DNA from: Coleofasciculus sp. B1-GNL1-01
GTDB taxonomy: Bacteria; Cyanobacteriota; Cyanobacteriia; Cyanobacteriales; Coleofasciculaceae
Reading direction: 5' to 3' (one strand)
NCBI GenBank assembly: GCA_040220235.1
Contig: JAVJTO010000051.1
DNA length: 64,000 bases
Within the stretch, counting starts at the first letter, position 1. Every line of letters begins with the position of its first letter. The notes below the pieces were generated by a model. It worked only from the letters and a program-made list of their open reading frames with translations. It was not told where the DNA came from and ran no database searches. Position numbers and translations under genes: made by a program. Positions 10,281 through 19,440 of the stretch are shown here, piece after piece.

Positions 10281-10874
10281 ATGATGGTATTTGTTTGGAT
10301 TGGAATTATTATAATTATTGCTACGGCTGTGGTTTTGCTAGTCCTTCAGCAACGGGGACAGTTATCAGGGTTCGGTGAACGTGGGCGTTTACCCTTGGAA
10401 GAACGTACCGTTTTTACCCTGGAAGTTGGTGATATTGTCCAGTACATGGGGACAGATTGGGTAGTGGAGGGAAAACTGACTTACAATGTTGGCGACTATG
10501 CTTGGTACGAGTATTTACTGCAAGATGGAGAGCGTATTTGTTGGCTTTCTGTAGATGAAGATGACCGAGTAGAAGTGGCATTGTTAGAGCCAACGCAGCA
10601 GTTAGAAGTGAGTGGAGAACCTCCCAAGCAGTTAACCTTTGACGGTGACATCTATCGCTGTGTAGAATCGGGTGTGGCAGAAATGACACGTACAGGTACA
10701 ACATTGCACCGCACAGCAGAACGTTGTCGATATTTTGATTATGAAGGTTCTGAGAATAAGGTTCTCTCGATTGAAGAGTGGGATGGTGATATTGAAGTCA
10801 CTGTGGGAGAGCGTATTAATCCGAGAATGCTGACACTTCTACCGGGAACAGGTGAACGTTTGTATGGAAGTTAA
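10281..10874 (+). CDS. DUF4178 domain protein with N-terminal TM helix
   Basis: LEVGDIVQY, WYEYLL, WLSVDEDD, LSIEEWDG; next to speE. Confidence 0.8.
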   Translation: MMVFVWIGIIIIIATAVVLLVLQQRGQLSGFGERGRLPLEERTVFTLEVGDIVQYMGTDWVVEGKLTYNVGDYAWYEYLLQDGERICWLSVDEDDRVEVALLEPTQQLEVSGEPPKQLTFDGDIYRCVESGVAEMTRTGTTLHRTAERCRYFDYEGSENKVLSIEEWDGDIEVTVGERINPRMLTLLPGTGERLYGS

Positions 10875-11023
10875 GGCAATGGTACTGACTGGTATGCTGG
10901 TGGGCAATGCCCACCCTACGGTACTATCATGCAGCACTAGAATAACTCTAATGGGTGAGGTTTTTTGATCCCCGTTAGATGTACCTTACTACTAACAAGA
11001 GCCAGTATCCCACACCCAAAACC

Positions 11024-11227
11024 ATGAAATCCCCAGCACTTGACAAGTTTATTCACTTTTTACGAGAAGAGTTGGCGATCCCATCGTCAGCAATTTCCTT
11101 AGCCTTACGCCATCAGGAAGAGAGTCCTAATCTATTACCGATGACGTTGTGGCAATACGGACTCATTTCATTAGAGCAATTAGACCGAATTTTTGATTGG
11201 TTGGAAACGGCACAGGTTACACTGTAA
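11024..11227 (+). CDS. DUF2949 family protein
   Basis: FLREELAIP...LPMTLWQYGLISLEQLDRIFDWLE. Confidence 0.85.
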   Translation: MKSPALDKFIHFLREELAIPSSAISLALRHQEESPNLLPMTLWQYGLISLEQLDRIFDWLETAQVTL

Positions 11228-11322
11228 GTCCTCTTTCTCTAACCTGCTATGGTACGGCTATGTTAAGGATTTATTGGTGCGTTACGCTCCGCTAACGCAC
11301 CCTAAAATTTGGCTGTAAATAC

Positions 11323-11526
11323 TTATAACTGGGGATTGGGTTTTTTTAACGGCTTTGGCAATGGCACGTCTGGAGAATGCTGCGCTTGATCAAGCTTATA
11401 GCCTTCAACTTGAAGTTGTTGCACGAATTGGGTTGACTCAAAATGGTTCGGTTGTGTTGACGTTGGCGACTGTTCTTGTCCTTGACTTTGGCGTCGAAGT
11501 TGTTTGAGTTTCGCTTTTCGTCCCAT
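11323..11526 (-). CDS. Small hypothetical protein
   Basis: 67-aa ORF directly downstream of the Uma2 gene, with a GGGAG RBS-like sequence before the ATG. Confidence 0.6.
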   Translation of the reverse strand: MGRKAKLKQLRRQSQGQEQSPTSTQPNHFESTQFVQQLQVEGYKLDQAQHSPDVPLPKPLKKPNPQL

Positions 11527-11528
11527 GA

Positions 11529-12215
11529 TTACTCCCTCGATAAGGACTTAATAAACATCTGATGTTCTGCTGTGGTTATCCCCTGTTGGACGATCTCCAA
11601 TACCTTGGCTAAATTTCCAGCAAGTAAGGCGGATTGTTTTAACCACAAGCCAGGAAAGGTTTCACTACAAATAATACCATTTTCATTGGGTTCTAGCTTG
11701 ATATATGTACCCTCTTGTAACTTAAACCAATCGAATTGCTGATCGTACACCCGCCACACTAAATACTCTTGTACCTGATTGCGGCGATAAACGTTAAGTT
11801 TGTCATGTAAATCGATGGAAGCGGTACTGGCGGCAATTTCTACAATCAATTCTGGCGCACCTTCGACATAATCGTCATCGCTGATGCAGGATTGTCCTCC
11901 TACCTCAATCCTCAATAACGCATCGGGTTGCGGTTCGTTATCAGTATCCAGACGTACCGTTGTATTGTCTGCTAATCCGACTCCGGGAGTTGTTGCCCAG
12001 TAGTTACCCAACCATGTCATGATTCGAGCATGAGGTTCTCCATGTTTTCTCAGGCGTAACGGTGATGCCATATAAACGATTCCTTCGATTAATTCCGCTT
12101 TTTTCACCTGGGGCATAGCATGGTAGCGGCGCTCAAATTCGATGCGGGTGAGTTTATCGCCGTTTTCCAGGGGAGGAATAGGTAAGGTTGACGCGATCGC
12201 ACGTTGATCTATCAT
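11529..12215 (-). CDS. Uma2 family (DUF820) endonuclease
   Basis: KAELIEGIVYM, EPQPDALL, APELIVEIA, DKLNVYRRNQVQEY. Confidence 0.9.
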   Translation of the reverse strand: MIDQRAIASTLPIPPLENGDKLTRIEFERRYHAMPQVKKAELIEGIVYMASPLRLRKHGEPHARIMTWLGNYWATTPGVGLADNTTVRLDTDNEPQPDALLRIEVGGQSCISDDDYVEGAPELIVEIAASTASIDLHDKLNVYRRNQVQEYLVWRVYDQQFDWFKLQEGTYIKLEPNENGIICSETFPGLWLKQSALLAGNLAKVLEIVQQGITTAEHQMFIKSLSRE

Positions 12216-12251
12216 GATTTTGTTCTCCTTGAGTTAAGCCAGATTCAGCCG

Positions 12252-12722
12252 TCAAAAGTGACGCCACCAATATTGTTCTAACTGATACCGTTGGCGCAGG
12301 TGTTGCAAGGCGGCTGTTGATAGCAATCCTTTGACAGTAGCCACGAATTGCCCCCACGCTAGCAACTGCGATTCACTCGTTGCTCGGTTGAATTGGAATC
12401 CATAGAATGTTGTCCAAAATTCAGGGGCAATTGGAGATTTCCAGCGCTTACGCCAACGCACCATATCTTGAGGGGTGGGGGGTTCGGCTTCCAGGATTGG
12501 TGGAAAGTCGGCGTAGCTAACAAATCGACTCAACCCTTTACCGTGAACATAAACGATATGCTGCCAGCATTCGATGCGATAAACCTCGTCAGGAGACAGG
12601 TTAAACAGTAAGGCGACTGTCTCTACAGTGACGAATCGTGCCAAGGGGTGACGGGTGGAGGATTTATAGTTTAGTTTTGACGCTCCAAAGATGGGCGTTT
12701 TTGTGGTATGTGTTGATAACAT
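12252..12722 (-). CDS. Hypothetical protein divergent from an XRE regulator
   Basis: ORF containing RIECWQHIVYVHGKGLSRFVSY. ATG at 12722 is preferred because the longer start lies inside a hairpin. Confidence 0.65.
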   Translation of the reverse strand: MLSTHTTKTPIFGASKLNYKSSTRHPLARFVTVETVALLFNLSPDEVYRIECWQHIVYVHGKGLSRFVSYADFPPILEAEPPTPQDMVRWRKRWKSPIAPEFWTTFYGFQFNRATSESQLLAWGQFVATVKGLLSTAALQHLRQRYQLEQYWWRHF

Positions 12723-12841
12723 AGAAATTACATCCCATTTAATGGGACATTGGCGCGATCGCTCCACAGTTTTCCAGGCTAGAGGGCGATCGCTTTTTCA
12801 GATTCTCTCATTAAACGATGCAACTGCATCATTTGTCAAGG

Positions 12842-13054
12842 ATGGGGTTAGTTAGGCTAAAGATTCGAGAACTCGCACAAGAGAAGGGATGGACGTTGAA
12901 GGAAGTGTCCGACCGTTCCGGTGTAATTTACAGTACGGTGAGAAGTTATGCCCGTCGTCCTGGAATGTCAATGGTCGATTATACTGCCCTCTATAAGTTG
13001 GCTCGCACGTTTGATGTGATGGTTGAGGATTTGGTTGAGATTTTAGAGGAGTAG
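12842..13054 (+). CDS. XRE/Cro-like helix-turn-helix regulator
   Basis: LKIRELAQEKGWTLKEVSDRSGV...LYKLARTFDVMVEDLVE. Confidence 0.85.
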   Translation: MGLVRLKIRELAQEKGWTLKEVSDRSGVIYSTVRSYARRPGMSMVDYTALYKLARTFDVMVEDLVEILEE

Positions 13055-13264
13055 AATTAAGCAAAGCGTAATTATTTCTGATATCACTGAATAGCTAACT
13101 GGAATCTTGCACTGAACCTTTAATCATTCTCTACACCTGTATGTTTTCGGGTTTCAGTGGTGTTTTAGGTAGTGAGCAAGATGCTCACACTACAAAAAAT
13201 TGGCACTTCTTGATATTAAGATTTAAATGCTGAATAGCTTCCCTGGCTAAGGGCGCACGTCGGT

Positions 13265-13518
13265 CATTGGTGTCAACTTAAGCTCAACCCCTCTCCCCCA
13301 GCCCCTCTCCCACGCCGGGGAGAGGGGAGTAAGAGCATCCGATCCCCCTTCTCCCGTGCAACAAAAGCGAAGCATCATCTGTCCTCCCCCCTCTTGTAGG
13401 GGGGAACGAGGGGGGTCGGGAGAAGGGGTTAGGGGATGAGGGGGAAAATGTCAAGGAGTAGATAGCCACAGTTTAAAACCTTGCCAGCATTGACTTTCAC
13501 CTTAAGTTGACACGGATG
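13265..13518. mobile_element. MITE with 18-bp terminal inverted repeats and 9-bp target-site duplication
   Basis: CATTGGTGTCAACTTAAG ... CTTAAGTTGACACGGATG, flanked by CACGTCGGT at 13256-13264 and 13519-13527. Confidence 0.9.
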
Positions 13519-13589
13519 CACGTCGGTGCGCCCCTACAGTCTCTGACATACTGTGTCAAAATTAACCTAAGTTTTGAGAATGGCAAACC

Positions 13590-14615
13590 ATGGTTTGGGC
13601 GACAGGGGATGCGCTTTATAACGGTAAGTACATCTTAGAGAGACAACTGGGACAAGGGCGTTTGGGGATTACCTATCTGGTGCGGGATAGAGATGATTGT
13701 CGCTGGGTGATCAAAACCTTGAATGATGCACTCCTCAATTCCCTCACCCCACAAGAACAAAACCGATTGGAAACTAAGTTTTGCCAGGAAGCCGTCAAAC
13801 TCAGAGGGTGTAATCATCCTCATATTGTCAAAGTCCGAGATCTTTTTAAAGAGGGGAAACGGTGGTGCATCGTCATGGATTATGTGGATGGGATGAGTTT
13901 AGCCTACCGCGCCCCGAAAATGCTCCCCGAAGCCGAAGCCCTCAATTATATTCAGCAAATTGGTGAGGCGCTGATTGAGGTGCATGGGAATGGTTTGATT
14001 CATCGGGATGTGAAACCGGGTAATATTATTCTCCATGTTCGTGACGGAAAAGCGGAAGCCGTTTTAATTGATTTCGATTTAGCGCTGGAGTTTGACTGTG
14101 AGGTGACTTCAGTGCGGACAAAAGAAGCCTCAGACGGGTTTGCGCCAATGGAACTCTATTCCCGACTGGCTGAGAAACCGGGAGAATATACGGATGTTTA
14201 TTCGTTGGCGGCGACGTTGTATGAACTGTTAACCGGACAAAAACCTGTGAGTGCGATTAAGCGGAAGCTAGATCGAGAGCGATTAGTCCCACCAAAAGAG
14301 TATAACGATCAGATTCGCGATCGCACAAATCGGCTGATTCTCCAGGGTATGGGATTAGAACCCAAGCAGCGCCCCCAGTCGATGCGAGAATGGTTAGATT
14401 CGCTGGGGTTGAGCAGTGAAGATTCTCCTCCAGCACCCACGCCACCGCCTGCTAAGAGAGGATTAACCTTAGAGCAAAAACTTGCGATCGCGGGGTTGAT
14501 TGTAGCGGTGCTAAGTTTAATTGTGGCATTCTTTGGACCCTTGTCAGACTGGATGGATCGGTTAAAGCCTCAGTCACCCCCGTCTCCTACTCCATCATCG
14601 ACGATTTCGCCATAG
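13590..14615 (+). CDS. Hanks-type Ser/Thr protein kinase with C-terminal TM helix
   Basis: LGQGRLG, VIKTL, HRDVKPGN, DFDLA, DVYSLAATLY, RP. Confidence 0.9.
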   Translation: MVWATGDALYNGKYILERQLGQGRLGITYLVRDRDDCRWVIKTLNDALLNSLTPQEQNRLETKFCQEAVKLRGCNHPHIVKVRDLFKEGKRWCIVMDYVDGMSLAYRAPKMLPEAEALNYIQQIGEALIEVHGNGLIHRDVKPGNIILHVRDGKAEAVLIDFDLALEFDCEVTSVRTKEASDGFAPMELYSRLAEKPGEYTDVYSLAATLYELLTGQKPVSAIKRKLDRERLVPPKEYNDQIRDRTNRLILQGMGLEPKQRPQSMREWLDSLGLSSEDSPPAPTPPPAKRGLTLEQKLAIAGLIVAVLSLIVAFFGPLSDWMDRLKPQSPPSPTPSSTISP

Positions 14616-14643
14616 ACAATTCTAGAATTATTTCAAAATAGCT

Positions 14644-15963
14644 ATGGTTTGGGCAACAGGGCAAAAATTACAAGGCGGTAAATATGTAATTCAAGGAGTT
14701 CTGGGACAAGGTGGTTTCGGAATCACTTATAAGGCGCGGCACGTATCTCTGAATCATGATGTTGTGATTAAAACGCCTAACGAATATCTGCAATACGAGC
14801 CAGATTATCACAAGTATGTGGCTCGATTTATTGAAGAAGCACAGATATTAGCCCGACTATCCAGAGATCCGCATCCCTCTATTGTCGGAGTGCATGACTT
14901 GTTCCAAGAAAAAGCAATTTACTGCTTAGTGATGAATTTTGTGGAGGGGAAAAATTTGTTTGAGTTAGTTAGGCGCAGGGGAGCGATACCTGAAGCGGAA
15001 GCGGTGAGGTATATTTGCCAAATTGGGGAAGCGTTGGCTGTAGTGCATCAGGTAGGGTTGACTCATCGAGATGCTCATCCAGGAAATATTCTATTGCGGC
15101 AAAATGGCAAAGCGGTTTTAATTGATTTTGGTATTGCTAAAGAACTGGTTCCCTCGACATACACGTCAACAGGAGCAGTTGGTAATGAGGGATTTGCGCC
15201 TTATGAGCAGGTACACCGGGGAAGTCGGGAGCCAAATGTCGATGTTCATTGTTTAGCGGCAACGCTGTATTATACACTGACAGGTCAATGTCCTACTAAG
15301 GGTTTGGATCGCAAGCTTTATCAGCAACCTTTGATTGAACCTCGGCAAATTGTTCCAGGGATTAGTAAGCAGGTGAATCGGGCAATTCTCAAAGGAATGG
15401 CGTTGGAGCCAAAAAAGCGTCCCCAGTCGATGCAGGCTTGGTTGAAGTTGCTGGAAATTCCAACAGTTTTAACTCCGCCTCCAGTTCACGAGCAAGAGTT
15501 TTTTCGTCCTTCAGCTAATCAGACTTCTAGGCAACCTTTTAGAACAGCAAGTACTCGAAAAGCAAGAACTATTCCGTGGGTTAGGCTTACGGTAATAGCA
15601 GGATGCTACCTAGGGATAGGCTTTTTCTTGGTTGAGGTTGGGGCTGTGGCGGTGGCTGTGCTTGGGGCTGTAGCTGCGGCTGCGGCTTGGGCTGTGCCTG
15701 TGGCTGCGGCTGTGGCGGTGGCTGTGCTTGGGGCTGTAGCTGCGGCTATGGCTGGGGCTGGAGCTACAGCTGCGGTTTTGCTTGGGGCTGTGGCGGTGGC
15801 TGCGGCTGCGGCTGTGCCTGTAGCTGCGGCTGGCGCTGGGGCTGGGGCTGGGGCTAAGGAGAAGTTACAAGAATCCTTCAGCAAGTTTCACACCTTTCTA
15901 ATTTTACTGGGAACCTCTTGGTTAGGACTTGGATTAGGATGGCTTTTGGGTTCAATATTCTAG
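14644..15963 (+). CDS. Hanks-type Ser/Thr protein kinase with Ala/Val-rich membrane tail
   Basis: LGQGGFG, HRDAHPGN, DFGIA, FAPYEQ; low-complexity hydrophobic C-terminus. Confidence 0.9.
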   Translation: MVWATGQKLQGGKYVIQGVLGQGGFGITYKARHVSLNHDVVIKTPNEYLQYEPDYHKYVARFIEEAQILARLSRDPHPSIVGVHDLFQEKAIYCLVMNFVEGKNLFELVRRRGAIPEAEAVRYICQIGEALAVVHQVGLTHRDAHPGNILLRQNGKAVLIDFGIAKELVPSTYTSTGAVGNEGFAPYEQVHRGSREPNVDVHCLAATLYYTLTGQCPTKGLDRKLYQQPLIEPRQIVPGISKQVNRAILKGMALEPKKRPQSMQAWLKLLEIPTVLTPPPVHEQEFFRPSANQTSRQPFRTASTRKARTIPWVRLTVIAGCYLGIGFFLVEVGAVAVAVLGAVAAAAAWAVPVAAAVAVAVLGAVAAAMAGAGATAAVLLGAVAVAAAAAVPVAAAGAGAGAGAKEKLQESFSKFHTFLILLGTSWLGLGLGWLLGSIF

Positions 15964-16020
15964 TGAGAAACTCAGCCGTTAAGACTAAGATACAGTTAGA
16001 GCTGTTATCCCCAGGTTCCG

Positions 16021-16794
16021 ATGACTTCTACAGCTAACCCACCAACCTTTCCAAAAACCCTACCTGACCATACTCAATTACCAGAATCTGATGGTACATT
16101 TGGGAACAACTTTCAGGAGCATCCCCAAAGCATTCTTTTAACTGATTCCATCACATCTGTACTGCAACAATATCATCCAGATGGGCAATATTGTATTGGT
16201 CAAGATTGCGGGATTTACTGGCGTTTGACTGACCCACCCGAAACAGGAGCCGAAGCACCGGACTGGTTTTATGTTCCGAATGTACCGCCTACGTTAAATG
16301 GTCAAGTACGGCGGTCTTATGTATTGTGGCAAGAATTAATTCCACCCCTGATTGTTTTAGAATTTGTCTCAGGAGATGGCTCACAGGAACGAGATAATAC
16401 TCCTTTATCCCGAACTCAAGAACCGGGAGCAGAAAAACCGGGAAAATTCTGGATATATGAACAGATAATTCGTCCAGCGTATTACGGCATTTATGAAGTG
16501 AACCGCGCCAGTGTTGAGGTTTATTGTTTAGTTGCAGGTCAGTATCAATTAGTAACGGCAAATGAACGGGGTCATTATCCGATTTCACTGTTAGGTGTTG
16601 AATTAGGAATTTGGCAAGGTCGATATCAAAATACAGAATTGCCGTGGTTACGTTGGTGGGATTCTGAAGGTAATTTATTGTTAACGGGTCATGAACAAGC
16701 CCAACAGGTTCAATCTCAATTAGACCAAGAACGTCAAAGAGCCGAGCGATTAGCCGAACAATTGCGAGCCGCAGGAATTGAACCAGATTTGTGA
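16021..16794 (+). CDS. Uma2 family endonuclease
   Basis: LPDHTQLPESDG, EAPDWFYVP, LEFVSG, WLRWWD, coiled-coil tail. Confidence 0.9.
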   Translation: MTSTANPPTFPKTLPDHTQLPESDGTFGNNFQEHPQSILLTDSITSVLQQYHPDGQYCIGQDCGIYWRLTDPPETGAEAPDWFYVPNVPPTLNGQVRRSYVLWQELIPPLIVLEFVSGDGSQERDNTPLSRTQEPGAEKPGKFWIYEQIIRPAYYGIYEVNRASVEVYCLVAGQYQLVTANERGHYPISLLGVELGIWQGRYQNTELPWLRWWDSEGNLLLTGHEQAQQVQSQLDQERQRAERLAEQLRAAGIEPDL

Positions 16795-17066
16795 GTTGAT
16801 GTTTCGTAGCATTTCACCCTCATCCCCTAACCCCTTCTCCCATCGAGGGAGAAGGGTAACCGGAGTAATTAAGGATAAAAAATGTAGTCAGATACACTTA
16901 GGATATAATCTATGTGTAGTGGCGTGGCACACCTTAATTGGTGGATTAGAATTGTAGGGACGCACAGACGTGCGCCCAATTTAACCATCAATCTATTGCA
17001 TGATTATAGTCGGACAATACGTGGATTAAACTAGACCTATCGTTGAAATTCCAAGACAAGAACAAA

Positions 17067-17537
17067 ATGTATTGTATTAGACCGTGGTTGTACGTTGGCA
17101 ACTATAGAGAAAGTCTAAATTATGACTTGCTCCAGCATAACCAAATTGGTGCAATGTTACACCTAGCTGAGGATGTACAACAGCCTAATATTGTCTCCCG
17201 TTATATTCCCGTTGAAGATGGTCAACCGCTGCCGTTTGAACAGCTTAAATCAGGTGTTGAGTTTGTTCGCCAGGAAAAAGCCAAGAGTCAAACTGTGCTA
17301 ATTGTTTGTGGTTCTGGAATCAGTCGTTCCAGTTTATTTGCTGTAGCCACTTTAAAAGAAGAAGAAAATCTGAGTTTGCTGGATGCATTTCGGCACGTTC
17401 AGATTAAACACCCACAGGCAAATCCACATCCAAACCTGTGGAACTCCTTATGTGAGTATTACAATGAAACTATTTCGTACAAAACCATTTTGAAACTGAT
17501 CCTGCAAGCCAAATTTGGTAAGCTATCACACATTTAA
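17067..17537 (+). CDS. Dual-specificity protein phosphatase
   Basis: LYVGN, IPVED, CX5R loop CGSGISRS, ANPH. Confidence 0.85.
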   Translation: MYCIRPWLYVGNYRESLNYDLLQHNQIGAMLHLAEDVQQPNIVSRYIPVEDGQPLPFEQLKSGVEFVRQEKAKSQTVLIVCGSGISRSSLFAVATLKEEENLSLLDAFRHVQIKHPQANPHPNLWNSLCEYYNETISYKTILKLILQAKFGKLSHI

Positions 17538-17560
17538 ATTGGGTATAGGATCGCACCAAT

Positions 17561-17804
17561 CGCCTTGGGTTAAAACCCAAGACTAAAAGCGAAAGTCGTC
17601 TAAAGACGACTGTAGAATATCGTGTCCGGTTGAATAGTTACATTATGGTGAAGGCAAAGCATAGGGTCAAAATTCGATGAAATAAGTAAAGTATAAAAAT
17701 GGCAAAATATACGATAATAATAATGGTTTATATAGACCTGATACACGAGTTTTAGTCCACTTTAGTGGACTTGAGCTTTTAGCCAAGAACTTGAGTTCTT
17801 GGCG
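17561..17804. repeat. Inverted pair of 51-nt double-hairpin repeats
   Basis: 17561-17611 and 17754-17804 are inverted homologues, each made of two stem-loops. Confidence 0.7.
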
Positions 17805-17899
17805 AATGGGCGGACTGATTTAAAATGGTACAAGATATCAACAGGTTTTAGCACTGAGCCAATTTAATTCAGAACTGTTGTTTTTGAACTCAAGCCACC

Positions 17900-18991
17900 A
17901 TGCAACCCAATCACTCCACTCGCAAATACAAACGACGCCGTGTTCTACGTTTAGCCGCACTCGCTGCGGGAACCTCAATTCTGCCTGCGGCTTGCAGAAC
18001 CGGGAATTCCACCTCGCCAACACCTGATACAGCCGTTGATGCAACCGTTCCCACCACCACACCCACCCCCATCGCCCAGTCTCCATCCGGTAATGTGAGT
18101 AAAGTGGTTCTGGTGCGTACTGATGACCGAGTAGCAGGAACTCAAAAAGCACTGGATTTGCTACAACCCGAAGGACTTTCCGATCGCACTGTCTTCCTTA
18201 AGCCTAACTATAACACCGGAGATCCCGCCCCAGCCGCCACGGATACTCAACTCCTAGAGGCGCTAGTGCAAGAGTTACAGACGGCTGGAAACCAAGGAAT
18301 TACCATAGGCGATCGCTCTGGGATGGCAAATACTCGTCAAGCCATGGAACAAAAACAGGTGTTTCAATTAGCAGATCGCTATGGCTTAGAAACGATTGTT
18401 TTTGACGAGATGGATGCGGATCAATGGCAGTACATTTCCGCCGAGGGAACCCATTGGCAAAAAGGGTTTGCCTTTGCTCGTCCAATTTTAGATGCAGGCG
18501 CAATTGTGAATACCTGTTGCTTGAAAACTCATCGTTTTGGCGGTCATTTTACCCTGTCGCTGAAAAATTCCGTGGGGATGGTTGCCAAATATGTACCTGG
18601 GGATTCGTTTAATTATATGCAGGATTTACATTCCTCCCCTCACCAACGAATAATGATTGCTGAAATTAACCAAGCCTACAAACCTGCACTGATTCTATTA
18701 GATGGGGTAGACGCTTTTGTCAATGGTGGACCCGCCTCTGGGAAGAAAGTAAAAGCCGAGGTAATGCTAGCGGGAACCGATCGCGTGGCGGTTGATGCTG
18801 TCGCCATTGCCATCTTGCGATCGCTTGGCACCACTGACGCGGTTTCTAGTGGTTCAATTTGGCAGTTAGAGCAAATTCAACGAGCCGTAGAATTAGGATT
18901 AGGTGCTAGCAGCGCCGAACAAATCGAACTGGTAACGGCGGATAGCGCGAGCCAAACCATGGCAGATCAAATTCGTCAACTCTTAACATAA
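17900..18991 (+). CDS. DUF362 domain protein with Tat/lipoprotein-like signal
   Basis: KRRRVL...AAC N-terminus, VFLKPN, LKTH, SLKNSVG, DRVAVD. Confidence 0.85.
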   Translation: MQPNHSTRKYKRRRVLRLAALAAGTSILPAACRTGNSTSPTPDTAVDATVPTTTPTPIAQSPSGNVSKVVLVRTDDRVAGTQKALDLLQPEGLSDRTVFLKPNYNTGDPAPAATDTQLLEALVQELQTAGNQGITIGDRSGMANTRQAMEQKQVFQLADRYGLETIVFDEMDADQWQYISAEGTHWQKGFAFARPILDAGAIVNTCCLKTHRFGGHFTLSLKNSVGMVAKYVPGDSFNYMQDLHSSPHQRIMIAEINQAYKPALILLDGVDAFVNGGPASGKKVKAEVMLAGTDRVAVDAVAIAILRSLGTTDAVSSGSIWQLEQIQRAVELGLGASSAEQIELVTADSASQTMADQIRQLLT

Positions 18992-19026
18992 CTGAAGAAC
19001 AGAAAGTCATAGCAAAGGGATGGGTA

Positions 19027-19440
19027 ATGGCAAAAGATCTATTTCACGATGTTGTCAAAGAGGCTCTCCTTGCAGAAGGATGGCAGATCACCCACGATCC
19101 TTTTCCCATAGACTACGGTGATGTGCAAATGCAGATTGATTTGGGTGCTGAGCGCTTACTCGCTGCCGAACGAGATGCCGAAAAAATTGCCGTAGAAGTA
19201 AAAAGTTTTATCAATCCCTCAGCAATTTCTGAATTTCACACTGCTGTTGGACAATACCTCAACTACCGTCGGGCACTGCGAGTACAAGAGCCAACCCGAA
19301 CACTTTATCTGGCAGTACCCAGCCAAACCTATGAAGAATTCTTTCGCCTCAGATTTATTCAAGAAGGGGTAATAGAGTATCAACTTTATTTGGTTATTTA
19401 TGATCTAGAAGATAGGAGGATTGTGCAATGGATAAAGTGA
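19027..19440 (+). CDS. xisH: XisH family protein
   Basis: MAKDLFHDVVKEAL..GWQITHDP, IDLGAE, AVEVKSF, GQYLNYR. Confidence 0.9.
   Translation: MAKDLFHDVVKEALLAEGWQITHDPFPIDYGDVQMQIDLGAERLLAAERDAEKIAVEVKSFINPSAISEFHTAVGQYLNYRRALRVQEPTRTLYLAVPSQTYEEFFRLRFIQEGVIEYQLYLVIYDLEDRRIVQWIK

Noticed and set aside
15606..15884. Ala/Thr/Pro-rich antisense ORF
   Set aside because: It is the shadow of the kinase minisatellite.
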